From positions 5,332,001 to 5,396,000 of the forward strand of contig NC_135770.1 of NCBI RefSeq assembly GCF_052425735.1: DNA of 64,000 nucleotides, in the 5' to 3' direction. Positions within the stretch are counted from its first letter, which is position 1. Each line of letters starts with the position of its first letter. The position numbers were made by a program, and so were the translations under genes. This DNA is from Oculina patagonica (lineage: Eukaryota). Positions 11,217 to 23,543 of the stretch are shown here, one piece after another. A model generated the notes under the pieces. It was not told where the DNA came from, made no database searches, and was given only the letters and a program-made list of their open reading frames with translations.

Positions 11217-11545
11217 CAAATTGATTGCAAGGCTGGTACAACGGCAGGAGGGCAAGATTTATTGGCCAATATTTCAACTAGCAGAGCTAGTCTTCTTCAG
11301 GGCCAGTACTATAATATAAGGAAAATAACGGCTCTAAGCACTGGCCCTGAAGAAGACTAGCTCTGCTAGTTGAAATATTGGCCAATAAATCTTGCCCTCC
11401 TGCCGTTGTACCAGCCTTGCAATCAATTTGGTTTTATAAGCACTTAGAGTGACGTCTGGTACGAGCATTTCTTGAACAAGAGATCCGGCAGCAGAGAAAC
11501 CAAGCAGTTTCTTCTTCGTTGCGTTGTCCCCTGCATCCAAACTGT
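11217..11545 (+). mobile_element. Penelope-like element terminal (pLTR) remnant with an inverted partial copy
   Basis: ~90-bp perfect inverted arms (11217-11307 / 11340-11430), 11-bp TSD TATTATATTTT (11206-11216, 11546-11556), absent at the paralogous site ~6515, and contains a hammerhead motif. Confidence 0.75.
11342..11384 (+). ncRNA. Minimal type I hammerhead ribozyme motif (mirror copy on the - strand at 11263-11305)
   Basis: TGGCC-CTGAAGA-A-GACTAGC-TCT-GCTAGTT-GAAA-TAT-T-GGCCA: CUGANGA core, stem II, GAAA, short palindromic stem III, and stem I TGGCC/GGCCA. Confidence 0.7.
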
Positions 11546-13689
11546 TATTATATTTTGTTGAGGGGTCTAAAGGGAAGTGGGTGGGAATGGGATTTGGTAA
11601 ATTTGGGAAACAATAGGTTGGGAAATGAGGTTTCGGCAAAATTTGGTCTGGGAAATGGGATTTGTAGCCCCATTCAGTACCCTCTTTGTTGTGACAGACA
11701 GATACACTCTTTTTGAACTGTTTTAAACCTTTTAATAGAACAAAATTTTCTTAAAAACAGAACAGACATACTTGTTGATGGTTGGACTTACTAAACCTTC
11801 CTGGTATTTCTTTCCCATGTGGTATTTTTCTGTTAAGAACAAATCCATATTAAATTAAGCCAGTAATTCCTACTTCATTTTTATCCATTCCCACATTTTA
11901 AATCTTAAAACCATTGAATCTGCTTATTAAACTGTATTGAGTTTTGGTTCATGGCTGCATTGTAACAGTTTATCACAACATTTTGTGAACTGTTTAGCTT
12001 CAATGGCATTCAACCTTCAAAACATCATTTGTTAGGCTATGAAATCCAACAACGATTCTAACTTAGACTAGATACAAATAATTTTAAATTTATTTGTTAG
12101 GAATGAATGTAAAATTCAATTACTTTTTTCATCAATTTCGTGTGTCTCCCAGGACAGCGGAGCTGTGGGGGGATTTTTCGGAAAAATAAAGACTTTCTAA
12201 GAGAAGAGTCTCTTAAGCCCCCCCCCCTTCCTCACTTCAAGTCACTAGTCACCCTGCCCCCCCCCCCACCCCTTGATGTTCCGCCATCCCTGATCTCGCC
12301 TACAGTTGTGATTATATAAGACCTGTGAGATTACTTTCTCAGTGTTCTTTTCAGGTTGGCTTATTTCAGTGTGAGGGCTCTATTATTCATATTGATACAC
12401 AACACAATATGTGTATACCGACAAATCATAACAACGAAGCATACCAAACAAGCAAACCGACCATATTGATATGAAGCTCAAAAAAGTCCTGCAGTTGTAA
12501 AACAAACATTACAGGTCTCTGACCATACTCCACAATGATGTAAAATATAAAACAAGCTCTACAATAGGAGATTATTATCAGAAAAAATATATCTTTCTTT
12601 AAGAGCTATTTAAGCGATGATAAACACTTAAGACCTATTTTAATTAATTAATTAATTTTTTAAATTTTACGTAATGTTTTTGGATGAGTGCATTTCACTT
12701 TCGGAGAACCAAAATCTGAGTGGCATTTGTCCAATGGACAAGTCAAAGGAAAAAAAAATTCCGCCCAAGTACAAATGTTGTACTTTTGGCTTTTAAATAC
12801 AAAACAAGGTTTTCTACTCAGAAATGTCAATTCTTATTATAAAATGCTATAACAGCTGAGAGGGCCTTTTTTGGAAGTATTTTTTCATCTGAGATTTGGG
12901 GGGCTTTTTTTTGAGACCAGAGGAAATGTTGTACTGATCTTGATGCTGATTCTGGCTGGTTTCGGTTTATATCATGCCAATCTAAATAAATTGCATCTCA
13001 GACATGATTTTCACAATGCCCTGTCGCATGTGAACACTTGTCAGAGTGAAACATGTTTCAATTATGTTCAGACTAAGCATGTTTGACCTAGTGTGATCAC
13101 AGTTTCAACTGGACCCTTGTATTAATGAGTAATTTTTTTCCCCATTTTCCAAGTGAAACCTGAGCCTAAGTCAAATCTTGGACAAAGTCAAATGTCCGAC
13201 TCACTGCTGATTGGTCAGCAGTACAATGTATATCCAAACTTCTTGTGTTTTCAAACAGTGGATGAAGGGCAGCCGACGGCGACTAAGTACAGGAATTGCT
13301 TTTAACTGAACAACACTGTGGTTAGTGTAAACAGCACTATGCCACTGACTTGAGAATGGTTGTCCCTTAAATATTCGTAGGGCTAATACTATATGTTTTA
13401 CATTTAATGTGACTTTGGCATTTGATTTGGACTTGACTTGCACTAAGATTTCACTTGCCAAATAGATAAACTCTTTTCTATGCCATAGAAAATACAGCCA
13501 ATCAGAATTAAGGAAAGCTGTTGTATATCCAACGGTATTCAGCTCAACCTTCCCATTGTGCGCTGCAATCTTATTCTCGACAAAATTTTGGATGCATATT
13601 TTCTGTCATGGTATAAAATAGTTACACAACACTTTCTCATGGTATACTATGGAACATCCCACTTGTCACTTGTATTTGCTCGCCTAAAG

Positions 13690-13918
13690 GAGGCCCTGTC
13701 AGAGTAAATTCCGATAAGGGAAATGGCCCAAAAAGTAGCGACAGCACAAAAATTAAATTCGCGACAAACGACAACTCTTGGAAAAACTTAAATTCCAACA
13801 GGGACAAGTAATTTTTCTTCAATTTTACTACCAAACGTGATGCCAAGTTTGATAAAACAGCGACACGGTGCATTTTTAAATTTAGACAAGCGACACGGGA
13901 GCCCCCTGGCAGGGCCTC
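13690..13918. mobile_element. MITE, TIR GAGGCCCTG, 6-bp TSD CTAAAG
   Basis: CTAAAG-GAGGCCCTGTCAG...CTGGCAGGGCCTC-CTAAAG. Confidence 0.75.
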
Positions 13919-13983
13919 CTAAAGGCTTGTGTGTACAATGTATACAGAGAAAATACAAGTGACTCGTGGGATGTCCCATAGTA

Positions 13984-14494
13984 CCTTATTGAATGGAATA
14001 AGCGCCGCGGCACTTAAAATTTTTTTTGTGCCTCCAATGCAGTGCTTATTTGAGGGCAGCGCTTATTTAAAATTGGATGCCACAAAGAAATATCTTTTTA
14101 GTTAATGGTATATTTTCTATCTGTAAGGAAAACGGTAACTAACAGAAGTGTTTTTTGATTGTCATGTACCATTTGTCAACAGAATGAAGTGCTCGGTCTC
14201 CTAGGTTCAAACGCTGTTTTAATAACTTATTTAGCCAAACTAAAAAAAAAGCATCAGATCTTTTGCAGGTCATTTTGAACTGAAGAACATTCCTTTAGAG
14301 GAAAAGAAATCTCCAATGCTGTTATAGAGTTCCTTTGTAGTGGTTTCTTGGTTAAACAGAATTCCTCGAATAAGTGTCGCATCGGAACCACGGCGCCTTT
14401 TTGGGGGTGGCGCTTATTAATTTTTTGTCCCAAATGCGGCGCTTATTTGAGAGCGGCGCTTATTTGGGGGTGGCGCTTATTTGATTAAATACCG
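13984..14494. mobile_element. Tc1/mariner-type MITE (TA-flanked, AATAAGCGCC subterminal repeats)
   Basis: TA-CCTTATT..GAATAAGCGCC at the left end and repeated GGCGCTTATT...AAATACCG-TA at the right end. Confidence 0.65.
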
Positions 14495-14622
14495 TATACC
14501 ACTCAAAAGCGTTGCATAACTAGTATATATTTACTGTTCACACATGTTTGCACCAGAACTGATTTGTCAGGCTCTCACATATAGTACAACTGAGTAGTAC
14601 CAGGCAGTCATGTAATCAACAA

Positions 14623-16344
14623 CTATGAAACCACCTCACATTCATACAAAACTTCCTTTGGTATTCGAAGACTGCAAATGTTGTACCTTTCCAGGTCCAG
14701 TAAAGGAACACTGGAACAAAATTCCCACTCATTGCTTTCAGCATCATACTCCTGCAAAGACACTTTGTTGGAATCATCTTGTTCAAAGCAACCACACAAA
14801 TATATTTTTCCCTTGAAACTCACTGCACTTAAAAAATTGACTCCTGAAGCTGCTTTTCTTGCTATGCTACTCCACATGTCAATAGCTGGGTTGTACACTT
14901 CACAGAAGTTTGCGTCTGTTGCACCTTTTCCCAGGCCTCCAAACACAAACACTTTGTCATTGACAGCTACACCACACGCATTCACTCTTCCTTCAAGAGT
15001 TGGAGCAATCCTAATCCAAGCTTTTTCTGTTGCATCAAACCTTTCAACAATCTTTAGCCCGGAGCCTCCAACTGCATACAGGAAATTTTTGCTAGCTACA
15101 GCACATATGCCACACCTTGCAATGCTCAGAGATGGCACCTTTTGCCAAAGATTTGTCTCAGGATTGTATGTTTGCACAGTGCTGGATTTCACTTTATCTT
15201 TGTCTTCTCCACCCATGACATACAATAATCCCTGGAAAGTAACAACAGCAGCATACTGAATTGCTTGATTGAAGGACTTCATGGGACTCCAAGTGTTTGT
15301 TAATGGGTCGTAGCATTCTGCCGGATAGCCATCTGAATTTCCTCCAATACAATACATTCTCCTGTGACATGAACTTGTTGAATGGGAATATTTAAGGCGT
15401 TCGCATAACATCTTGGCCAACTTGTACCACTTGTTCTCTGAGGGTACGTAACACAATGTACCCTTGTGTGTCCCACGTGCAACGATAACATCCTCATGAG
15501 TGTTCATACAGTTTCTTGGTGGCTGAGCAAAATAACACTCCTCTGAACCACTAAACACCAATTTCATGGCATCTAAGACTAAACTCGAGCACTCTTTATT
15601 GCCTTTTATCAAGGGATTTGATAAAACAATGTTCAATAAAAAGTCACGTCCAATGTAAATAAGACGAATGTGACGAAACAAGTCGAATACACTTCGTTTT
15701 CTTCTCTTATTTCCTGCGACCCATTTCACTACAACTTCGAAAACGTCCTCCTCTCCTTTCACAATAATTTCATCGCTTGAGATCCACTCCTCGACTTGTG
15801 TGCTGCTCAAATTCAAAAATTCTTTAGTTTCAGCTACAGCAACAAAGTTTTCCAAAATAAAATCCCTCGCTTTATTCTGCAGATCTTTACACCGGTACCT
15901 TTCAGCCAAATAATAAGCCGTGATGCAGCTGGAAAAAGACAAGGCTTGTGCAATGACGTTGCCACATAAATCTTTCAAGGTCGGGAGAAGAAAATAATCT
16001 GCTACTGCCATCAAATCACAGGCATTAGTTTCACTGATGTCAACACGACCTGTGTAGAGATACTTCAACACTTCTTCCATAACATCTTTGGTTATCTGTT
16101 CCAACCGGATCACTCCTTCTTTCTTTTCTTTCATGTCGCTGTTAAAAGCGTTGAAAAAGAACGGACTTGCTGCACATAAGACGATTCTGTGAGCTTTCAA
16201 ACGAGCTTGATTGTCACCGGAGCCAACTTCTAGAAGCACATCACAGCAATGTTCGTTTCTTCGCTGAATATCGAGGCGTTTCATTATTTCCACACAAAAT
16301 TGATGCTCCTCAGTCTTTGCAATTGCCTCAAGAAGTGAATCCAT
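14623..16344 (-). CDS. Kelch-like BTB-BACK-Kelch protein, copy C (573 aa), intronless
   Basis: Same domain motifs; paralog of A and B. Confidence 0.95.
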   Translation of the reverse strand: MDSLLEAIAKTEEHQFCVEIMKRLDIQRRNEHCCDVLLEVGSGDNQARLKAHRIVLCAASPFFFNAFNSDMKEKKEGVIRLEQITKDVMEEVLKYLYTGRVDISETNACDLMAVADYFLLPTLKDLCGNVIAQALSFSSCITAYYLAERYRCKDLQNKARDFILENFVAVAETKEFLNLSSTQVEEWISSDEIIVKGEEDVFEVVVKWVAGNKRRKRSVFDLFRHIRLIYIGRDFLLNIVLSNPLIKGNKECSSLVLDAMKLVFSGSEECYFAQPPRNCMNTHEDVIVARGTHKGTLCYVPSENKWYKLAKMLCERLKYSHSTSSCHRRMYCIGGNSDGYPAECYDPLTNTWSPMKSFNQAIQYAAVVTFQGLLYVMGGEDKDKVKSSTVQTYNPETNLWQKVPSLSIARCGICAVASKNFLYAVGGSGLKIVERFDATEKAWIRIAPTLEGRVNACGVAVNDKVFVFGGLGKGATDANFCEVYNPAIDMWSSIARKAASGVNFLSAVSFKGKIYLCGCFEQDDSNKVSLQEYDAESNEWEFCSSVPLLDLERYNICSLRIPKEVLYECEVVS

Positions 16345-17093
16345 GGTTAGGCTGAGTTGTTAACACAGTAAAGCGGCTAAAAGGAAAAAACTTCAGCAAA
16401 ACAGCTGGAAGAGCTCGACTTTTGATCAAATGTTCGAGGCGCATTGCGCGCGAAATTTGATGCCGTCTTGGGCGTTGCCGCAGGACATTAGCGGAGCCCG
16501 CAGTCAGGTAAAAATTCCCGCCAAAAGAAAACCGGGAAGCGCGGGAAGTGAAGCAACTAATGCGAAAATAATGATGACAACTTAAAAGATGTGACATCAA
16601 GACCAGTAAGGTCCATTTTGTCCTTATAAAGTTACAGGGTGGAGCGTTTTGGAACGTGTTTTCATATTTGGAGGGGGGGGGGGGGGGGGGGGGGGGTCTT
16701 GGAGGCACTTTTTCCGGTCTTGCAACTTATTGATTTCTAAGCAGTTTCTAGGCCGAAGATTTCCGAACATTCTCCGATTGTTGTTGGAGGGTCATACGAA
16801 CGTTTCCGATCGTTTTACGAACTGAAGATTAGCGAAGATGTTTGAACTGACTCACGAGACTGATTAGGGGGGACTGAGCCTTCCAAATTTTTATTTGGGG
16901 AGGGGGGGGGGGCTACAGCCCCATGTCCCCCTGCTTTGCCGCCTCCCAGTTATCCCACGCAAGGTGCTGTTTCTATCATGGGCCGTGTTAAGTTATAAAT
17001 CAACAATCACCTTTGAGAAAAATAAATGCACTACCCAAGCAACCCTTTACAAAATGTGGACTTTGTTGAAATCGTTATGAATTGGTCAGGATA

Positions 17094-17145
17094 GAGCAGT
17101 TTTCACTTGAGTGTCGAAAGTAAATTGTGTTTGCTTTGGTTTTGC

Positions 17146-17178
<33 letters not shown>

Positions 17179-17374
17179 GCGCCACTTTCTCAGCCAATCA
17201 GGAGTAAAACCAAAACCAATCGTGACTCGCTCGTGCACGTTTTCCCGCGCTTCGTGCCAGCTACATGTATTTGCTTCGAGTTTTGATTGGCTTACTGGAT
17301 TGTCTGTGTCCTTTGTGATTGGCCAGAGTGATTACTTTGGTTTTGGTTTTACGACGCTCAATTGAAAACCGCTC
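17094..17374. mobile_element. MITE, TIR GAGC(A/G)GTTTTCA, TA duplication
   Basis: TA-GAGCAGTTTTCA...TGAAAACCGCTC-TA; empty site CAGGATAATCAG at ~22563. Confidence 0.85.
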
Positions 17375-18346
17375 TAATCAGCAGCAGTAATAACTGAGGG
17401 ATCTGAAGGGATGAAATGGGAACTGGGATGTGGGCAAAGTTTCACTGGGATAATGAGATTTGATTCACTTGACTGGGAATCACAAACAAAGAAACAATAG
17501 AACTGGGAATAAGATTTGGAAAATCAGGAAAACAATAGGCTGGGAAATGGGATTTATAGCCTCCCTTAAGGACTCTATGATTCTTTATTGTGACAGACAG
17601 ATACACGTTTTGAAATGTTCCAAGACCTTTTAATAGAACAAATTTTTCTTCATAACAGAACAGACATCCTTTTAAATGGTTGGATTAACTATAATACCAG
17701 TAATTATCAAATACTTAAAAGTTGCATGTGGTATTTTTCATTTTAAACCAAGCCACTTAGTTCTACTTCATATATCCATCCTGACATTTTAAATTTTAAA
17801 ACCATCCAGTCTGCTTATTAAACTGTATTGAGTTTTGGTTCATGGCTACATTGCAACAGATTTATTACAACATTTTGTGAACTGTTTAGCTTCCACTTGC
17901 TTCCACTTCCTGTTTAGCTTTCACTTGTCAGGCTATGAAATCCAAAAACAATTTCATTAATGTTCTAACTCAGACAAGATATAATTATTTTAAATGCATT
18001 TGTTTGGAATGAATGTAAAATTTAATCACTTTTTCATCAATTTCTTGTGTCTCCCCGTTTCGGAAAAAGTAGAGACTTTCTAACAGAAGCCTCTTAAGCT
18101 CCCCCTCACCCCTCACTTCAAGTCACTAGTCACTCTTCCCTCCCCCCCCCCCCAGATTGAAAAATGTTCCGCCATCCCTGACTCAGCTACAGTAATGTTG
18201 TGATTATATACGAGCTGTGAGAGTACTCTCTCAGTGTTGACAGTGGGAGGGCTCTATAATTCATATTGATATATAACACAATATGTGTATACCGACAAAT
18301 CATAACAACAATTATTGATGCATACCAAACAAGCAAACCGACCATA

Positions 18347-18747
18347 CAGGGGCACCCAACGGAATATTTCGTTAAAATATCTGTTCGGAAGACGATTTGA
18401 GATCTAGAATTTTCGGAACATTCATTGTAATTTTTTTTGCTTGCCTGCCTTTCCTAGGATTTTCGAATATCTAAAAAATGGTATAATTGTTCATTTTTAA
18501 CGGATTTTTACTCTAAAAAGGTCACCTAGAATTTTCGGGAGCCTTTCTCTGGCTGGAATTTTTTCGAAAAGGTAAGTTTTGATCCCTATAACTTTCGGAT
18601 CACTAGACTTTCGGCTAGGAAATCCGAACAGATAAAAAATTTTTAGGGGATAAAAATATGCCTTTATCTACCGTTTAAATACTAAAATACGTTCAACGGT
18701 GCTATCTTTAAAGTGGTTTTGAACTATATTCTCGATGGGTGCCCCTG
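18347..18747. mobile_element. MITE, TIR CAGGGGCACCCA
   Basis: CAGGGGCACCCAACG...CGATGGGTGCCCCTG flanked by ACCATA/ACCATT; absent from paralogous spacers. Confidence 0.8.
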
Positions 18748-18878
18748 ACCATTTCATTATGAAGTTCAAAACAAGTCCTGTAGTTGTTAAACAAACATTG
18801 CAGGTGTCTGACCATACTCCACAATGACGTAAAATAAAACAAGCCCAACAATAGGGGTTTATAATCAGAAAAAATGTA

Positions 18879-19051
18879 CAGTCAACTCTCTCTTAACAGA
18901 CACCTCTATAAGACGGACACCTGGTGTTGGTCCCGTCCCTGCCATTTTTCAGTCTTTTTACTGTAACTAAACTCCATACAAGATGGACACCTCTCTAAAA
19001 CGGACAGTTGGAGCCGGTCCCGATGGTGTCCATTTTAGAGAGAGTTGACTG
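18879..19051. mobile_element. pogo/Tigger-type MITE (TA-CAGTCAACTCTC)
   Basis: TIR CAGTCAACTCTCTC / GAGAGAGTTGACTG with TA flanks. Confidence 0.85.
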
Positions 19052-20097
19052 TATCTTTTTTTAAGAAGTTGATTAACACTTAAGACCTGGTACATTCAGA
19101 TTATTAATTCGATATATTCTAATTAATTAATGAATTAATTTCTAATTAACTAATTAATTAGTTTTTAAATTTTACATATTTTTTTGAGTGAGTGCATTTC
19201 ACTTTTGGAGAACCAAAATCTGAGTGGCATTTGTCCACTGGACAAGTGGAAGGAAAAATTTTTTGCCCAAGAACAAATGTTGTACTGATTGCTGTAAAAA
19301 TACAAAACAAGTTCTACAACTGAAGGGGCCTTTTACTCAGAAATGTCATATCTTTCTATAAATGCTAAAACAGCTGAGAGGGCTCTTTTTGGAAGGATTA
19401 TTTCATCTGTGATTTGGGGGGCCTGCTCTAAATAAAATGTTATTTCAGACATGACTTCCACAATGCACCGTCACATGTGAACACTTGTCACAGTGAAACA
19501 TGTTTCATTTGTGTTCAGACTAGTGTGAACACAGTATCATACTGGACACTTGTATTTATAAGTAAATTCATTTTCTATTATATTTTCCAAGTAAAACTTG
19601 AGCCTAAGTCAAATCTTGGACAAAGTCAAATGCTCGACTCACTACTGAAACTGGTTGGCAGTACAATGTATATCCAAATTAAACTTCTTGTGATTTCAAA
19701 CAGTGGATAAAGGACAGCGGACAGGACACTAAAATACAGGAATTGTTTTTAACTGAACAACACTGTGGCTAGTGTAAACAGCAGCACATCACTGTAATGT
19801 AATTTATTTACCCAAATGACACGGAAGAGCTCAGGAGCTCGTTTAGACGTGTACGTGCATCGAGGATTGAGAATGGTTTGCGTTTAAATATTTGAAAGGC
19901 TAATGCTATACGTTGTACATGACATGACTTGGGCATTTGATTTGGACTTGACTTGTGCTCAGAATTCACTTGCCAAATGGATAAACTCTTATATTTACTG
20001 TTTACTCATTATTTTGCCCCAGTACTGATACAGTGATTTGTCAGTCTCCCACATATAAAACTGAGTTATACCAGACAGTTATTAATTTAATCACCAA

Positions 20098-21828
20098 CTA
20101 TGAAACCACTGTACATTCATTCAGGATGTCTTTTGGTATACGTAGACTACAAATGTCGTACTTTTCAGGACCTGGTGAGACAACGGTAAAAAATTTCCAC
20201 TCATTGCTTTCAGCATCATACTCTTGCAAGGAAATTTCCTGTGAACCATCTTGTCCAAAGCAACCACACACATATATCTTTCCCTTGAAACTCACCGCAC
20301 TTACAAAAATTAATTTTGAAATAACTGTACTTGTTATGCTACTCCAGATGTCAATGGCTGGGTCGTACACTTCACAGAATGTTGTCTGCGTCACACCATC
20401 TGCTAGGCCTCCAAACACAAACACTTTCTGATTGGCAGCTGCACCACATGCACTGGCTCTTCCTTCGAGAGTTGGAGCAACCCTCATCCAAGCTTTTTCT
20501 GTAGCATCAAATTTTTCAACAATCTTCAGCATGCAATTATTTGAGCTGCCTCCAACTGCATACAGGAAATTGTTGCAAGCTACAGCACATATACCACCCC
20601 TTGCAATGCTCAGAGATGCCGCTTTTTGCCACAGGTTTGTCTCAGGATTGTATGTTTGCACAGTGCTGTATTCCGTCTTGTTTTTGGCTGTTCCACCAAT
20701 GACATACAATAACCCCTGGAAAGTAACAACAGCAGCAAATTGAATTGCTTGATTGAACGACTTTAAAGGAGTCCAAGTGTTTGTTGTTGGATCGTAGCAT
20801 TCTGCCGGATAGCCACCTGCATTTCCTCCAATACAATACATTTTTTTGTGACATGAACTAGTCGACTGGCAGTACTTTGGCCGGCTGGACGACATCTTGG
20901 CCAACTGGTACCATTTGTTCTTTGAAGGTATGTAACACAATGTACTCTTTCGTGTTCCACGTGCAACAATAGCATCTTCATGTGTCTTGATGCAGTTTCT
21001 CGCCGGCTGAGCAAAATAACAGTCCTCTGTACCACTAAACACCAATTTCATGGCATCTAAAACTAAATTCGAGCACTCTTTACTGTTTTTTATCAAGGGA
21101 TTTGATAAAACAACGTTCAATAAAAAGTCACGTCTAATGTAAATAAGACGAATGAGACGAAACAAGTCGGAAACACTTTGATTTCTTCTCTCATTTCCTG
21201 CGATCCACTTCACTACAACTTCGAAAACGTCCTCCTCTCCTTTTACGACGATTTCATCGCTTGAGATCCACTCCTCGACTTGTGCGCTGCTCAAATTCAG
21301 AAATTCTTCAGTTTCAGCTACAGCAACAAAGTTTGCCAGAATGAAATCCCTCGCTTTAATCTGCAGTTCTTCACACCGATACCTTTTAGCCAAATAATAA
21401 GCCGTGATGCAGCTGGAAAAAGACAAGGCTTGTGCAATAACCTTGCCACATAAATCTTTCAAGGTTGGGAGAAGAAAGAAATCTGCTGCTGCCATCAAAT
21501 CACAGCCATTGGCTTCACTGATGTCAACATGACCTGTGTAGAGATACTTCAACACTTCTTCCATAACATCTTTGCTCATCTCTTCCAATCGGATCACTCC
21601 TTCTTTCTTTTCTTTCATGTCGCTGTTAAAAGCGTTGAAAAAGAACGGACTTGCTGCACATAACACGATTCTGTGAGCTTTCAAACGAGCGTGATCGTCA
21701 CCGCAGCCAACTTCTAGAATCACATCACAGCAATGTTCGTTTCTTCGCTGAATATCGAGGCGTTTCATCATTTCCACACAAAATTGATGCTCCTCAGTCT
21801 TAACAATTGCCTCGAGAAGAGAATCCAT
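20098..21828 (-). CDS. Kelch-like BTB-BACK-Kelch protein, copy D (576 aa from the conserved MDSLLE start)
   Basis: Paralog of the others; start set at the ATG shared by all copies rather than the ORF-track start at 21885. Confidence 0.93.
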   Translation of the reverse strand: MDSLLEAIVKTEEHQFCVEMMKRLDIQRRNEHCCDVILEVGCGDDHARLKAHRIVLCAASPFFFNAFNSDMKEKKEGVIRLEEMSKDVMEEVLKYLYTGHVDISEANGCDLMAAADFFLLPTLKDLCGKVIAQALSFSSCITAYYLAKRYRCEELQIKARDFILANFVAVAETEEFLNLSSAQVEEWISSDEIVVKGEEDVFEVVVKWIAGNERRNQSVSDLFRLIRLIYIRRDFLLNVVLSNPLIKNSKECSNLVLDAMKLVFSGTEDCYFAQPARNCIKTHEDAIVARGTRKSTLCYIPSKNKWYQLAKMSSSRPKYCQSTSSCHKKMYCIGGNAGGYPAECYDPTTNTWTPLKSFNQAIQFAAVVTFQGLLYVIGGTAKNKTEYSTVQTYNPETNLWQKAASLSIARGGICAVACNNFLYAVGGSSNNCMLKIVEKFDATEKAWMRVAPTLEGRASACGAAANQKVFVFGGLADGVTQTTFCEVYDPAIDIWSSITSTVISKLIFVSAVSFKGKIYVCGCFGQDGSQEISLQEYDAESNEWKFFTVVSPGPEKYDICSLRIPKDILNECTVVS

Positions 21829-23355
21829 GAGTAGGCTGAGTTGTAAACACAGTAAATCGGCGAAAAGGAAAGAACACCTCAGCAAAACGGCTGGAAGAGC
21901 TCGACTTTGATCAAATGTTCGAGGCGCATGGCGCGCGAAATTTGATGCCGTCGGAAGCGTTGCCGCAGGACATTAGCGGAGCCCGCAGTCAGGTAAAAAT
22001 TCCCGTCAAAAGAAAACCGGGAAGCGCGGGAAGTGAAGCAACCAATGACAACTTATAAGATGTGACATCAAGACCAGTATAAGGTCCATTTGTCTTATAA
22101 AGTTACAGAGGCGGCGGAGTGTTTTGGAACGTGTTTTCATATTTGGAGCCACTTTTTCCGGTCTTGCAACTTCTTGATTTCTAAGCAGTTTCTAGACCGA
22201 AGATTTCCGAAAATTCTCCGATTGTTGTACGAGGGTCATACGAACGTTTCCGATCGTTTTACGAACTTTTCTGAAGATTAACGAAGATGTTTGAACTGAC
22301 TCACGAGACTGATTAGGGGGGACTGAGCCCTCCAAATTTTCATTTGGGGGGGGGGGGGCTACAGCCCCGTGCCCCCCTGCTTTGCCGCCTCCCAGTTATC
22401 CCACGCAAGGTGCTGTGTAAGTTATAAATCAACAATCACCTTTGAGAAAAATAAATGCACGGTTTTCTCCTTGAATGTCAGCATGATTAAGTTACTCTTA
22501 TTCAGACTACCCACGTAACCCTTTACAAAATGTGGACTTTGTTGAAATCGTTGTGAATTGGTCAGGATAATCAGCAGCAGTAATAATTGAGGGATCTGAA
22601 GGGATGAAATGGGAACTGGGATGTGGGCAAAGTTTCACAGGGATAATGAGATTTGATTCGCTGGGAATCACAAACAAAGAGACAATAGAACTGGGAATAA
22701 AATTTGGAAAATCAGGAAAACAATAGGCTGGGAAATGGGATTTATAGCCCCCCTTAAGGACCCTATACCTCTTTATTGTGACAGACAGATACACGTTTTG
22801 AAATGTTTCAGTCGTGCAAGCAAAAAATGCCTACGCATTTGATTTAGCCTTACCTCCCCCCCCCCCCAACAAATTTTTTTTTATAACAGAACAGACATCC
22901 TTTTTAATGGTTGGATTCACTATAATACTGGTAATTATCAAATACTTAAAAGTATTCTTAAAAATAAACTTTCCTTTTATTCTCTTGTTTCCTTTCCACG
23001 TGGTATTTTTCATTTTAAACCAAGCCACTTTAATAGTTCAACTTCATATATCCACTCTGACATTTTAAATCTTAAAACCATCCAGTCTGCTTATTAAACT
23101 GCATTGTGTTTTGGTTCATGCTGCCTTGTTACAGATTTATTACATCAGTCGTGAACTGTTAAGCTTTCATGTTTTTCAACCTTTGAAACGTCACTTGTCA
23201 GGCTATGAAATCAAACAACGATTTTAAATGCATTTGTTAGGACTGAATGTAAAATACATTTATAGAGATATAAGGTTGCCAATCACTTTTTTCATCAATT
23301 TCTTGCATCTCCAGGGATGGCAGAGCCATGTTCGGGGGGGGGGGGGGGGAAATTT

Positions 23356-23543
23356 CAACCCTCCAAGTTAAGACCATTTTAGTTGAGCTAGCGACTAAAT
23401 TGGAACTGAAGTCGCCAGCCTGGCGACTAAAATTGAGAAGAAGGATTGAACATGTGAGCATAATCTGACGACTAAAATTTTTCACTGGCGACCAAACTTG
23501 AGCAGTTTGGGCCACCAAGTTAAAAAATAAACTCGGAGGGTTG
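23356..23543. mobile_element. MITE, TIR CAACCCTCC, 5-bp TSD AATTT
   Basis: AATTT-CAACCCTCCAAGTT...AACTCGGAGGGTTG-AATTT; empty site at ~30782. Confidence 0.8.

Larger units (their letters stand above)
13474..14525. mobile_element. Composite insertion: repeat element carrying two nested MITEs
   Basis: Absent from the other KLHL 3' flanks. Internal inverted repeat TAGTTACACAACACTTT...CATCCCACTTGTCACTTGTATTT versus AAATACAAGTGACTCGTGGGATG...AAAGCGTTGCATAACTAG, interrupted by the two elements listed next. Confidence 0.7.

Noticed and set aside
16671-16697. Long G/C homopolymer runs as functional G-quadruplex elements
   Set aside because: They are frequent in these repeat remnants, vary in length between copies and are prone to sequencing error; there is no specific support.
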